From contig OX597818.1 of NCBI GenBank assembly GCA_951406725.2, positions 46,624,001 through 46,688,000 of the forward strand: DNA of 64,000 nucleotides. Reading direction: 5' to 3'. The notes below the pieces were generated by a model, which did no database searches, was not told where the DNA came from, and was given only the letters and a program-made list of their open reading frames with translations. Origin of the DNA: Octopus vulgaris (lineage: Eukaryota). Numbering within the stretch: the first letter of the stretch is position 1; every line of letters begins with the position of its first letter. This document shows positions 25,275 through 40,553 of the stretch, in pieces. Both the position numbers and the translations under genes were made by a program.

Positions 25275-26696
25275 GTTTAAACTCTGGCGTAAAGCCAGTA
25301 ATTTTAGTAGGGGGTGTTTGTCAATTATATCGACTCAAGTACTTGACTGGTACTTTATTTTATCGACCCTGAAAGGATATAAGGCAAAGATGACCTCGGC
25401 AGGATTTGTGTAGCTCAGTAAACACAGAAGTTTTGTTGGTCACATCCATATTAACATGTCACATGTCGAAATTTTTGATACAGGAAGAATATTATGCTAT
25501 TTTTAAATGAAAATATAATCAAAATAATTCACTTGAAATGCATCGGTCAATAAAAGTAAGTTTTAAATAAAATAGTGAAACCAAATATCTAACGGTTGAA
25601 ATTCATTTTGAAGTTAGTTTCTATCTAAATTTATGTAAAATAAAGTTTCCCAATGAGTATGTATGGAGCCTAAAAACTTTTTTCATCACTGTAGACTTTC
25701 TAAGAACCAAAATATAGAAAGAATTTCCTTGCTGTACAGAGGAAACTTGGAGACAAAAGATCTTATATTTATTCTTGGAACTAAATTTAGATCTTTTGAT
25801 AATAACGTGGAGTTATTTTAAGCAGCAAAAACATGGTTTACAAACCAACCATATTAGACAGACAATGAATTCTTCTATCTACGTACATTCATAGATATAA
25901 CAAAACTTTTAAACCTAATTATACGGCCAAAATATGTTATCAAAATTGGCGATTAATTTTTATCATCTATTATTCACCGACGAAAATTTACTGGATATTT
26001 TCACTTCACCAATTTACAAATAAGGACTTGTTAGATATGTAGTCCAAATGGCTTTTTTTAGCTTATCAAAATTCTTCAACGAAATCTGTGTTTTACAGCA
26101 AAACAGGAAAATGGGTTAAGTTTTTCGTACCGCTGGATTCTTGATGTCTAAAAGGAAAGTTCAGTTGATTAAACTAGCTAACAGCAATGTTTCGTGTTCT
26201 TAACCATACAGTCAACATTAACGCTTGTCAAGTTTTGTTAATGGATTGAGAAAACGTTTAAACGAACGAGTCTGAAAACGCGGACAGGCTTTAATTTATG
26301 TCTAGAATGTTTTATTAACGCTTAACCAAGTTGAAATAATTGAATAGCAAGAGAAGTAATTTACTCTGTTCCTTCGGGTTGTTGTTGCAGGTATTCTGTA
26401 GAACCATAACAATTTTTTTTTTTTTTTTTTGAGATTGTTTTATTAACAATACTCGTCTTAATCTTATTGAATGCGTTTTATATTTTACTACTGGGAAGAT
26501 AATATAAAAACCAAAATATTAGAAAAATCAAATCAGGAATGTTGATATTACTATATCTTTCAGTTTGCTATATAAAACATTACAACTAATTATTTATTTC
26601 ATAATTATTTATTCACACGTGTACATTCTAGACCACACACTTTATCACTGACGCACTATCTTTCCCCCACCTCCATTCCCTCACATCCTTTCTCTT

Positions 26697-26744
<48 letters not shown>

Positions 26745-27029
26745 CCTCCCTCTCTCCCTATATAATCCATCTACTGTTACTATTACGCTATACCCTTGAC
26801 CAGGCCTCTCCAACTGTGCGGTAAACTTGACTATAAATAGGTACTGCAGGGTTGTACTACCTATTAACTGTTTTCCTATTGTAGTAGCTATATATTGTTG
26901 TTTGTGTACACTATTAAACAACGAACCAATGAAGGACCATCTACATAGTTGGTCACCTTGCTAGAAATACCAACCAGATCTCCAGTAAATCACACCTTAC
27001 TATCTTAGCACTTTCACTTGGATCGATCG

Positions 27030-27960
27030 TTCCTACCAGATCGCACGTCTTGATGAGCTTTTTTTTTTTTTGTCCTATTCTCTGGTATGTGTCCCTCTCT
27101 TTTCCTTCTACACATCAAATGACCTACGTCCAACTTCTATACAGATAACATGGGACTCTTCATTCCTCCCCAATCTTCTCTAACCATGCTTCATTCACAC
27201 GCAGTCTGACACCGGACCCTAAACCTGCATCGGTTCCATCTTTCAGGGAGGCCATACCATGTTTGCTTCTTTTAACAGCAAAACAAAAACTCAATCACTG
27301 ACCAAATTAATCACCGACCACCACCCCCTCTAAACATGAGAGGTACTTATTTAGAGCCCTCGTAGTCGATCCAAATACTGGACCTCACTATCACCAAGGT
27401 TCTCTTCTGGCGAAAACACATCCTTCGCACAGCTAGGACAGCATCTCCAAGACTAAACTTTTCACCAGAGCCAGAAGATATTTCAGCCCCCAGTAATTGC
27501 TAACATTGTATAAAGTTCAAGTGAAGTCCATAATGAAGATCTACTCCTACATGTGGTACCGTGCTGCTACTGCCAAGCACATTAGCGTCTAAAATTGTAA
27601 CCACAGAAGGACCACCCCGCTGATTGGTACTCCTTCACTAACGAAAATACTCCAGCCCCTGGTCCATAGGCATGCTGTCTCCTTTCTCTGTTTTTTTTTC
27701 TATCGCTACTATACTGGCTTCTGTTCCTCGCAGTCATCAGATCTCCTACCCCAACCAGTCGGCCCCACTGATTCGCACGTTTCTCCAACTCTCGTCGCCC
27801 TTGATGTGTCCAACCCCGTTTACCCGCACTAGCTAGTGTAGCTAATCTTTCATGTTTATAGTATCGGCCTTCTGGAACCTTCCCCTCGCTCATGTCTTTT
27901 TTACAGATGTTGACCTGCAATAGCTCAAATGGAACATTAGTACCATCATCCTCACCAATC
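27030..27960 (+). mobile_element. Decayed CR1/Jockey-group LINE, RT C-terminal region
   Basis: Remnants LFWRKHILRTARTAS and RARRYFSPQ*LLTLYKVQVKSIMKIYSYMWYRAA resemble the W-x-x-HI...LYKAQIRP-x-MEY-x-SH-x-W motifs. Many stops. Confidence 0.6.
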
Positions 27961-29199
27961 GCGGTGGGCCTGAAAATGTCATGGGCTCAGCCTTTTCCTC
28001 CAGACTCAGGAGTGAGGTAAATTACCAACTGGGGGAAGAACCAGAGAAATATTTATAATGTAGTTATGTGCAAAAGCTTAAATTGTTCCTTATGTGTAGA
28101 GCCAAATCTGGCAATGTTGGATTGCTCTGCTTGAAGGAAAAGCTATTGCAACGCTTTTGTGTTGTAAAATATCACAATATTTTTGACAGAAATGTCTCGT
28201 GACGACTGGTGTTCTAGAAAATTAGCGAAATGTAATTTGAATTAACAGAACTAGTTGCACTTAAATGTAACCAGAGATTCGAATAACGAGATGAAACCAT
28301 AGAGATGTAGATATATATGAGTTGGCTAATAATTTTATAAAACCTTGGGGAAATATGTTACCGTTATGCTTAATATAGATATTTTCATGAATCAGAAGCC
28401 TTATCTTCTAATGGTAAACGACAGTAATTTCCTTTGAGAATCACAGTTTTAGTACACCTTCGATTTTTCGATTTATTCTTTTACATATCATGTTACCAAT
28501 TTCTATATATGGCACGAGTTTAGAAATATTTTGGTTTAATAAAAATCCTTAATTAACGAATGCTTTTTTTAACCAAGGGGAAGAACTTCTTCATGGCCGT
28601 TCGACTTGCTGAAATCGCAGTCAAATACCCCTCAAATCACAAGCTATCGTCTCAAAAAAAGAAAGAAGAAACGAATACACATTATATAATGGAGTGCTAG
28701 ATGCCCTCCAAAATAACAGGATGGTTCTAGTTAAAATACCACTGATCGCAGACTTGCTTTAAACAGGGCTGATCTGGGGTTTAAAACAACTAGAACATAT
28801 TTTATCGACCCTGAACGGGATGAAGGTATAGGCGAGTTCGTTATTCATTTATAATATAAAGGGATGTAACTAATGACATGCATCTAATCAACTTCTCTGC
28901 TATGTTTGTCAGTCTAAAGACTAGTGCATATATATCATTTTTCTTTTCCTATAGAGATACTTGGTGACACTAAACAGAAGAATTTATTGCTAAAATCTGA
29001 AGTATAGCTTCAGTGGAATGTCTCTTTTGACCAGTTCAGAAATCGATTGGAATAATTGATACAACTCACAAAAAAACTGCCCCTCATCTGATTTTTTGCC
29101 AGTCATTGTAAGGTTATATATATATATTCTTTACATTCCAATGTTGTTTTCTTGCCATTTATTTACGAGTATTATAAATGTTATTGGCAAAATATTTTT

Positions 29200-29319
29200 C
29201 GGGGAACGAATTACGATTCATGACATTGCTACTATGGGAAATTATCGGTCTGCTCTTTACGAGTTTCCGCTTTACGAGCGGTCTCCGGGAACAGATTAAC
29301 TCGTATGTCAAGGCATTAC

Positions 29320-29321
<2 letters not shown>
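29200..29321 (+). mobile_element. Right end of a pogo/Tigger-like MITE
   Basis: Ends ...AACTCGTATGTCAAGGCATTACTG, whose reverse complement CAGTAATGCCTTGACATACGAG is a pogo-type TIR. Subterminal TTTACGAG repeats are present; no left TIR was found. Confidence 0.5.
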
Positions 29322-29371
<50 letters not shown>

Positions 29372-29441
29372 GTGGCTAGCCATGATAGATCGCTAGCCAC
29401 TACACATTCTTTATTTTCTCTCCTTGTTTCTTTCTGTGTTC

Positions 29442-29477
29442 CTTTCTGTGGAAGAGCGTAGATTCGAAACGTTAAAG
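29442..29477 (+). ncRNA. Degenerate minimal hammerhead motif in a Penelope-like LTR fragment (about 29365-29575)
   Basis: CTTT-CTGTGGA-A-GAGCGTAGATTC-GAAAC-GTT-AAAG. 4-bp stem I, palindromic AACGTT stem III, non-canonical core. The element begins with a 13-bp hairpin TGTAGTGGCTAGC/GCTAGCCACTACA (29368-29404). Confidence 0.5.
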
Positions 29478-29650
29478 ACTTTTTCACTTCCCGAGCGTTA
29501 TACTAATACATCTGTTTGTTGTCTACACCACCTGTCTTCGTCTTTTGTTGTTGTTTTTTTGTGATTTCTCCCTATATATATATATATATACATATATGTA
29601 TGTATGTATGTATATATATATATATATAAGCACACACACACACACACACG

Positions 29651-29682
<32 letters not shown>

Positions 29683-29699
29683 CATATATATATATATAA

Positions 29700-30014
<315 letters not shown>

Positions 30015-30199
30015 TACAAAATTAGAAAATGGAGAAACATACTTAAATCAATCAAACATCAACCATCAGATGATACCCAAACAATACTTTATTACACCAT
30101 TACATAACAGTAAAGGCATTATACAAAATATATTGTAAATATAATTAGACAAGGAAATAGAAATATAAAATATAAAATATAATATGTAATTATATCATA

Positions 30200-30310
30200 T
30201 CTGACAGCTGTTTCGGCAATAAGGGCAAGCATGCCTCATTTAACCTATAAGCCATATAAGGCAAGTATAAATGAGACATTAACAAGGATGCCCCACGGCC
30301 TCTTCAGAGA
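30200..30310 (-). ncRNA. Type I hammerhead ribozyme, canonical core, extended stem II
   Basis: Minus strand TCT-CTGAAGA-GGC...GCC-GAAA-CAGCT-GTC-AGA. G10.1-C11.1 pair, self-complementary ACAGCTGT stem III, GUC cleavage triplet. Stem II continues through GGGCA/TGCCC and ATGTCTCATTTA/TAAATGAGGCAT. Confidence 0.8.
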
Positions 30311-30641
30311 ATTTAATAAATTATAATTGTGAAAAAATTATTTTTTCCATATACATATAAATATAAAAATGTAAAATATAAAAACGTGTGCATAGACATA
30401 TTCATTAATACAATAATACAAGATAAACAAAACAAAATAAAACAAAATATATATCAATATATATTAATAAGCACAGTTATTCTACATATTGAGCTAATAT
30501 TTCTAAAAACTACCACACAGGAAAATATATGCACACTCACATCTAAATTAAAATCAGACCTATACATGAAAAATAATAAAAAACCACATTTCAGTTCATA
30601 AAATTATAAACCTATAAAAGTCAATAAAAATTACTAATAAT

Positions 30642-30705
<64 letters not shown>

Positions 30706-31185
30706 GATACAATTATGTCTGTACCAAGTACATCCATCGGATATCGACATATCAATGAGTCTGGTTATTCTGTCCGCTTGATATTGATTATTCTAGATTA
30801 ATTCGATTGGTTTATAGTTTAAAATTTGAATCACAAAAGAAATTTTACGGTTAGTTAGTCAAGAAACGCACATACGCACACGCACATCCACAGATCAATC
30901 ACACATACATACATAATTATATGTATACACACACACATACACTCATACACATACATATCCACAAACAGCGTCCAACACATAAATAAATAAATAATAAAAG
31001 AGGTATAGTCCTATCTATGCAGCCATCCAGCCTGTCAAAAACTACAACATGCCACAAAATTAACAAAATAGATCCACTCACATATTTCCATAAAATATTT
31101 GTTTTAAAGATACATATATTTATATATCACGACATCGAATGTTATTTTCGCAGGGTACACGTAGAATGTGGCACCGGTTTTATCT

Positions 31186-31306
<121 letters not shown>

Positions 31307-31374
31307 TACCGGAGTAAACACATAAATGTGAAACAAGGTGGAAAAAAGAGTACTCAAATACCAGTGGTAGAGTA

Positions 31375-31519
31375 ATATGCTTTATTTTAAGCAGCAGAAA
31401 ATTCAACAAAATCTGTTACTCTGAGTTTCTCGTTGCCAGCAAAAAATGTCTGATGAACGGCAACGAGAAACTTAGAGTAACAGATTTTGTTGAATTTTCT
31501 GCTGCTTAAAATAAAGTAT

Positions 31520-31521
<2 letters not shown>
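31375..31521. repeat. Palindrome (arms about 60 bp) in a Penelope-like LTR fragment
   Basis: 31380-31437 is the reverse complement of 31459-31516 with one mismatch; the spacer is 21 nt. Confidence 0.9.
31447..31483 (+). ncRNA. Minimal hammerhead ribozyme motif
   Basis: TGT-CTGATGA-ACG-GCAA-CGA-GAAA-CTTAGA-GTA-ACA. Intact CUGAUGA and GAAA boxes, GNRA-capped stem II (A-A mismatch at 10.1/11.1), stem III ACT/AGT, GUA triplet, 3-bp stem I. Confidence 0.65.
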
Positions 31522-32235
<714 letters not shown>

Positions 32236-33057
32236 ATGCCCTGAAACTCCCATACTCCCTTCCTTCAGGTGAAACTCTCGCGGCGTCCAACAACATCAGA
32301 GACTTGGGAGTAATTGTGGACAACAACGTAAGCTGGGCCACTCATATAAACACCAAAGTTGACATGGCCCGCAGAATGTGTTCCTGGATTCTCAGAACTT
32401 TCCAGTCGAGAGATATCCACACCATTATCCTTCTCTTCTCCACTTTTGCCCGACCCCACCTTGAATACTGTTGTCCACTGTGGTCTCCCCACACAATACA
32501 AGGTATCATAAAAGTCGAAGCACCTCAAAGGGCAATCACAAAAAAGATAGATGGCATGACAGGCCTCGACTATTGGGGTCGACTAGAAAAGCTAAAACTC
32601 TATTCTCTCCAACGTCGTCGTGAGCGCTACATCATCTGCATGATGTGGAAAATATTCCATCAGCATTGCCCAAATGATGTTGGCATCACCTTTAAGGTAC
32701 ATCCAAGGCTTGGGCCCCGTGCCATCCGCCCAAAACAAAAATCGCACTCTCATCTCATAACAACAATACGGCACAATTATTTCACCTCAATTGGCCCCGC
32801 TCTCTTTAACATTACACCAAAACACATTAAAACAGAAACTGACCCTATAGGGTTCAAGAAGTCTTTGGACAGATTCCTTCAAGAAATCCCGGATAAACCC
32901 CCTACACCCGGATATGTCTCTGTAAACAATAACTCTCTACTTGAGTGGGCCATAGTGCCCAAATTCTGACTTGAAAGACTTCACCAGGTGGTGCTATTAA
33001 GTTAGACATGGCCTGGGCCAATAATGGCCGAAACCTATCAAAGTATCAAAGTAAAGT
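32236..33057 (+). mobile_element. 5'-truncated CR1-like LINE (RT C-terminal region plus 3' UTR) inserted in (TA)n
   Basis: Uninterrupted ORF 32304-32969 with DLGVIVD...[18 protein letters not shown] and [13 protein letters not shown]. Short 3' UTR with a GGCCA-ATAA-TGGCC hairpin and an (ATCAAAGT)2 tail. Confidence 0.9.
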
Positions 33058-33751
<694 letters not shown>

Positions 33752-35807
33752 CACACATATATCAATCGAAGTCTACAGTACAATATATCCATTGCACCCG
33801 ATCTTACTGATCGGTTTCACACTAGGGGTTCAACGAAGTGCTAGATAACAGCCTGATTGTGTAACCTTGCCCTCTTCGGAGATAGCTGTCATCTGTGTGT
33901 GTGTGTGTGTATGCAAGAGAGGAGGCAGGCCAAGGATTGGACTTCACGGTCATTTCAGAAATTGATCTTTATCCTCCTCCTCCATAGGTGCTTTCATGCT
34001 AGTTGCTATACTATGTATGTGTGCGTGTGTGTGTATATATTTATGTGTCTATGTATGTATTATGTAATTTCATCTGCTTGTGCGTGAATGTGTGTGTGTG
34101 TGTGTGTGGAGACTACATTTTCTGTTGTCCTTTATTATGACTTAAGACGGTAGACCGTGAATTGAAGGAATTTAGCTGCTGTATTCAGCCAGTCGAGCAC
34201 TCACTCACACATGGGCCTTCCCACGTTGGCATCCAGCAAACTTTGTTGTAAATCCCCAAATAAATCACAGTCGAACAAAACTCTAATGACAATCCCGTCA
34301 TTTTTCTATCAGCAACTATATTGTTCAATATAACTTTAATTTAAAATTGTAAGGGGTGATTTATAAATTTTGGCCGCTACTTTCAGCAGTTTCAGTACCC
34401 ATAAGTCAACTCGCGGCTAAACAAAATTGGACAATTTTTCCCCTTTACTTTCTTCCCCTTCGCTTCCTTCTCCCCATGTCTTTACAGCATCTATTTCATA
34501 TCTTCAAAGTTGGTAGCTGAAGTAACAGGACAAGTAAGTTCATCGGTCGCCTTTAAAGACGCTGTCAGATTTGGGAAGGGCGACAAAAAGTGAGGTTTTG
34601 GTTACATATATACATATCGTCATGCTATTAGATATAGCAATTAACCTATATTTGCATTATTATACAATGGCCAAATAATTACCATTATTAAATTACCTGT
34701 TTTATTATGTTTGTGTGTGCGCGCGTGTGATATGCATTCTATGTATATATTTGTATCAAATATTTTTCTTGTTTTCAGTATGTTGTCTTTATCCCATCTC
34801 TCGTTTTAGTGTACCTACAAATATCTGCGTACCCATAAGTCTTGTAAGCCCTTTTTGAAACATTATTTGTATATAAACGGGACCTGGTTGCATATGAAAG
34901 TATTAAATAACCTGTTATCAAGTTTAATGTGTGCACACACACATACATACAAATTTACCGTCAAATTTATTATCACAGATTTTATATAACTCATATTTCA
35001 GACACGATTCATTGCAATATTACTGTCTGTCAAGTTTCTGAACAAGTTGCTATGTAAGGATCGTTATTTAGTTTTGGATCTTGTAATACTGTACGAACTG
35101 TTTTCTTTATCATATTAAAATAGAAATCCCAGCAGGAATTTTCGACGTCACTCTGCTAGTAAAGTTTACATCTGTTACGCTTGGCTTCGAACTCAAATTC
35201 AGTATCTGCTCACAGTCATTTTCTGCAGCAACGATTTTATTTCCTCAAAGATGAAATATATTTTTAATGACAACAACAGGGCGGGTTTGTAACTAGAAAC
35301 TTTAAATATTTAGATAAACTCTTGTTTCCCGCATCACATGTCTTTGATTACAGTGCACTAATAAACACCGAATTTCAAAATGCTGTTGGATATACCTGAC
35401 ATATTTTTATGACAGTTCTTAGACGAATTCGCCGTTTGAACTAGCGTCTTACATCTGTCATTTTTGAAACTCAACAGAACGCCACATTTGCCAACTATCA
35501 TAAGCCATAGGCACTTCAACTGAGTTTGCCCTATGGTTAAGCTAGTGTTAACATATTTAATGTATGGCACATCAAAAAGCTAACAGTGATGAAAAAACAA
35601 CATCAGTCAATGACTAATATTACTTTGATGCTTTCGGCAAACACGCGAGATAATTCCGTGCATGTTTCGGCTGTATTAGCCCTTTTCAATGAAGCATACA
35701 TTTCGCTGTACTTACTGAGGTTGTAATGAAAGGAATGTACTCTTATTGATAGATAAAAATAAAAGTTCTCAGAGAATATATTACTCGTAGACGTCATCCA
35801 CACGCAC

Positions 35808-37292
35808 TCTTTTACTCTTTTATTTGTTTCAGTCATGTGACTGTAGCCATGCTGGAGCACCGCCTTTAGCCGAGAAAATCGACCCCAGGACTTATTCTTT
35901 GTAAGCCTAGTACTTATTCTATCGGACCCTTTTTGCTGAACCGCTAAGTTACGGGGACGTAAACACACCAGCATATAAACATATACACACATACATATAT
36001 ATATACATATATACGACGGGCTTCTTTCAGTTTCCGTCTACCAAATCCACTCACAAGGCTTTGGTCGGCCCGAGGCTATGGTAGAAGACACTTGCGCAAG
36101 GTGCCACGCAGTGGGACTGAACCCGGAACCATGTGGCTGGTGTGCAAGCTACTTACCACACAGCCACTCCTACGCCTATAAAAATTACAGAATGTTTTCT
36201 ACTCTGGGAACAAGGGCCGGCAGGACGAAAGGAAATGTCGACCTCGGCGGAATTTGAGCTCAGAACATTAAAACAGATGAAATACTACTAAGCATTTCGC
36301 CCGGCCAGCTAACGTTTCTTATTTCTTTATTGCCCTCAAGGGGCTAAACATAGAGGGGACAAACAAGGACAGACAAAGAGATTAAGTCAATTACATCTAC
36401 CCCAGTGAGTAACTGGTACTTAATTTATCGACCCCGAAAGGATGAAAGGCAAAGTCGACCTCGGCGGAATTTGAACTAAGAAAGTAACGGCAGACGAAAT
36501 ACCTATTTCTTTACTACCCACAAGGGGTTAAACACAGAGAGGACAAACAAGGACAAACAAACGGATTAAGTCGATTACATGGACTCCAGTGCGTAACTGA
36601 TACTTAATTTATCGACCCCGAAAGGATGAAAGGCAAAGTCGACCTCGGCGGAATTTGAACTCAGAACGTAGCGGCAGACGAAATACTACTAAGCATTTCG
36701 CCCGGCGTGCTAACGTTTCTGCCAGCTCGCCACCTTACACGCATATTATTATGTTAACTTCATTACTTCGACAGACACAAAACTTCGTTATGTACGGTTT
36801 AAGTCTATGCTTCGCTGATGAAATCAAATAAGATGTAAATACGTCTCGAGATCTCTCCCGTACTAGCCGATAAGCTTGCAATAATACACTTTTACTTGTT
36901 TTAGTCATTTGACTGCGGCCATGCTGGAGCACTACCTTTAGTCGAGCAAATCGATCCCGGGACTTATTCTTTGTAAGCCTAGTACTTATTCTATTGGGTC
37001 TCTTTTTGCCGAACCGCTAAGTTACGGGGACGCAAACACACCAGCATCGGTTGTCAAACGATATTGCGGGGACAAACACAGACACACAAACACACACACA
37101 CACGCACACACATATATATACATATATACGACGAGTTTCTTTCAGTTTCCGTATTCTAAAATCCACTCACAAGGCTTTGGTCGGCCCGAGGCTATAGTAG
37201 AAGACACTTGCGCAAGGTGCCACGCAGTGGTACTGAACCCGGAACTATGTGGTTCGTAAGCAAGCTACTTACCACACAGCCACTCCTGCGCC
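35808..37292 (-). mobile_element. SINE cluster: family B (35808-36178), multimeric family A (36190-36735), family B (36888-37292)
   Basis: Reverse complements of the A and B consensus seen elsewhere in the window. Confidence 0.85.
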
Positions 37293-37649
37293 TATAGTGT
37301 TAGTTAATGTTCTTTTTTTTCCTCGCCGTGAAATTATTTCATATTAACATATTTAATGCTCCTTGCTTTTAAAATATTAACACTAACTCTATTTTTTTAT
37401 TATTTGATTGTGCCTTGATATAAGGGTTTTAACCAGTTACCTTATCAGAAATTCACTTACATTAAGATTACTTTTTGCCGAAAATATATTTGTCTTTTCT
37501 ACGGTGTATTCTGAATATGTCGTGATATTATACTGTGTCTATATATTCCACATTTCTGTACCATTTACGAGCAATTTTTTACAGCAACTTAAAAACATGC
37601 CATTTGTTTCGTAAAACAATTTACTTTATGTTCAAAATACTTAATTTTA

Positions 37650-38210
37650 ATATTGATTTCAAATTTTGGCACAAACCCAGCAATTTGGGAGGAGGAGATG
37701 AGTCGATTGCATCAACCCGTGTTCAACTGGGTTCAACTACTTAAATACAGAGATCCCTAAAAACTAACCCTAAAACTAACCCTAACCCTACGGGACCTCT
37801 ATATTGAAGTAGTGCCTCAACTGGTACTATTTTTATCAGCCCCGAAAGGATGAAAAGCAAAGCCGACCACAGTGAAATTTGAACTCACAACGTAAAGTCG
37901 GACGAAATGTCGCTAAGCATTTTACCCGACATGCTAACGATTCTGCCAGCTCACCGCCCTATTCTTAATTTTTTCTAATATTGACATTGCATAAGGCGGT
38001 GAGCTGGCAGAATTGTTAGCAAACCGGGAAAAATGCCTAGTGGCATTTCGTCAAACTTTGCGTTTTAAGCTCAAACACCGCTGAGGTTGACTTTGCCTTT
38101 CATCCTTACGGAATCGATAAAATAAGTACCAGTTCACAACTGGGGTCGATGTAATCGACTCATCCCCTTCTCCGGAATTGCTGACCTGGTGTCAAAATTT
38201 GAAATAAATA
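37650..38210. mobile_element. Head-to-head pair of family A SINEs (37650-37960 minus, 37994-38210 plus)
   Basis: Both carry the A head (GGCGGTGAGCTGGCAGAA) and the GCCTTTCATCCTT core. Confidence 0.8.
37731..37816. mobile_element. 86-bp MITE with 8-bp TSD and telomere-like spacer, inserted in a family A SINE
   Basis: TSD TCAACTGG at 37723-37730 and 37817-37824. Arms ACTACTTAAATACAGAGATCCC / GGGACCTCTATATTGAAGTAGT. Spacer of CCCTAA-like units. Confidence 0.8.
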
Positions 38211-38519
38211 TTGAAATTGCATCGCGGTTTTATTTATTTTTAGTTATAAGCATTTATTGTACATCTTAAATAAATTTTCCATACATGGGATAATAAATAA
38301 TGTATAGAAAATTAGGAAAACATTTTTTCTGCTTTTAAAACAAAAATTAAATAACAATCAATTTCTTGAAACTTGGCTCAAATAAAACGACTTCAAAGAA
38401 CCAATAGTTGTGTATTATATTAGAACTTACATAATTGATATAATGTTGATTTCTGATAAATATTCAACTGATAATAGAGGGAATAATAAACAGATAGTAT
38501 GTCATTCGTCCATCTATTC

Positions 38520-39080
38520 TTGATAGGGTCATCGAGTACCTCCTAACAGAAGCAATCGTCATTATACTTTCCGGTTGAATTCCAAAGCATAACCAACTAA
38601 AACTACGGATATTATCCAACCATCTTGTTCTTGATCTACCCTTCGGATTCCTGCCGCTTGGCTCGACTTCAAAAATCCGTTTTGCGATTCTTTTCTACAA
38701 CATTCTAATCACATGTTTGAGTGACTTCTCAATGCGGAAAAGTAGCGACCCTGATCTCCGAACTATGCGTCCTGTCGAATAAAGTTACTCCAGAAATTCT
38801 CCGGAGGAACCCAATTTTGGCCGCTCGTATTTGCGATCTCTGTCAGTCATTACACAGCATTCCTGGTCATAGGTGAATATAGGCACGAAAATCGAATTAA
38901 AGATAACGAGTTTGGCTTTTTTACCAACCTCTCTTCTTCTAGGGATGGAATGCTGGAGCTGGTGCGTTACTGTGCGTTACCTGCACTTCTAGCATCCAAT
39001 TATACCTTCTGCACTTCTAACATCCATTTCTACCTCCTGCCTCCCATCACCCATGAATACGGCTCCAAGATGCTTAAATT
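38520..39080 (-). mobile_element. Decayed RTE-clade LINE, RT C-terminal region
   Basis: Minus-strand remnants KAKLVIFNSIFVPIFTY..E, QIRAAKIGFLRRISGVTLFDR, HVIRML and GRNPKGRSRTRWLDNI, typical of RTE/Expander elements. Confidence 0.75.
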
Positions 39081-40553
39081 CATATATAAATCATCCAACC
39101 CGAATTTTTAACGTCCCAGCCGTCTCCACCAACCTATAGGGTAAACAAATATTACAGCATGACAAATTTGCTTCTCAGTATTTACTTACCTCTTCATTTC
39201 TACAATTAGCCAGTATTGAATAGAAATGTTACCGTACCGTACCAGGGTTTGCATTTATTTACATAAGTACTTTCTTCAATTAATAAATCTATATTTTTTT
39301 CTGATGTCTGAAGAGCATTGCATTAAGAATTTCAAGTGAAATGGATTTTGTGCATACATAAAAGCAAAGAAAGATTATAATAATACTTAGAAAACCCAGC
39401 TACATAGATTTTTAATATAATAGAACACAGATGCTTGGTAACGAGCCAAAAGCAAGTTTTATAACATTGTCAGTTTCATGTTCGAGACTGTGATGTATTA
39501 TGAAGTTAACGCTTTAGTTTTGTTGCTGGACGCGTTGGGCGTATCTGACTAAAGTGCTTGGCAAAAGATACAAGTTAGTTTATATGTATGTGCGCTGCGC
39601 TGCGCTACTGTAGAGCAAACCGAGTTGAGAACAGAAGAAGCACATAACAATTAAAGTATTCTATAATTAGGGAGCGTTTCTTTCTGGCAAGGATAACGGG
39701 AAATGATAACTGATGAAATGTAAAGATAAAATCAAGACGAGAAACGTTTACTTGTAATATAAATATCGCTGATTCTAATTTCTTTACCCATCCAGTTAAT
39801 AATACATACAATCATACATATACATATGGTTAGGGAAAAGCACTTCGATTCACATATACGCACACACAATAACTCTCTCCCTTTCGCTCTCTCGTATTCA
39901 AAAGCCTGTGGTACTGGTTTAACTCAAACAGAGAAACCTTGTCACTTTGTTAATGAGCAGGTTGTAATCTAGGAAGGATTAAATAAACGTTAACGAAATA
40001 CCTACAGAGACTCGTACGTGTGTCAATGCATAGATATACATATGGGTGCGTGTGTATGCGTGTGTATGTGTGTGTACGTGCGTACGTGCGTGCGTATGGA
40101 GGGAAGCATCTCTATGCGGTTAAGAAGTTCACTTCGTAACTACGTGGTTTTTGCCCGACGTGCTAACGATTATGCCAGCTCGCTACATGAGATATATATA
40201 ATTTATATAATATATGGCACGTATGCTATATAGTATTCGCTCACAAGGCATTGGTCAACCCGAGGATATAATAAAACACACTTGCCCATGGTGCCACATA
40301 GTGGGCAAGTGTCTTCTGCTATAGCCACGGGGCGACCAAAGTTCTATGAGTGGATTTGGTAGACGGAAACGGAAAGAAGCCCGTCGTATATATGGATATA
40401 TATGTATATGTTTGTGTGTATGTGTTTGTCTTCCCACCATCACTTGACAACCAATGTTGGTGTGTTTACGTCTCGTAACTTAGCGGTTCGGGAAATTAGT
40501 GATCGATAGAATAAGTACTAGGCTTACAAAGAATACGTCTTGGTATCGATTTG

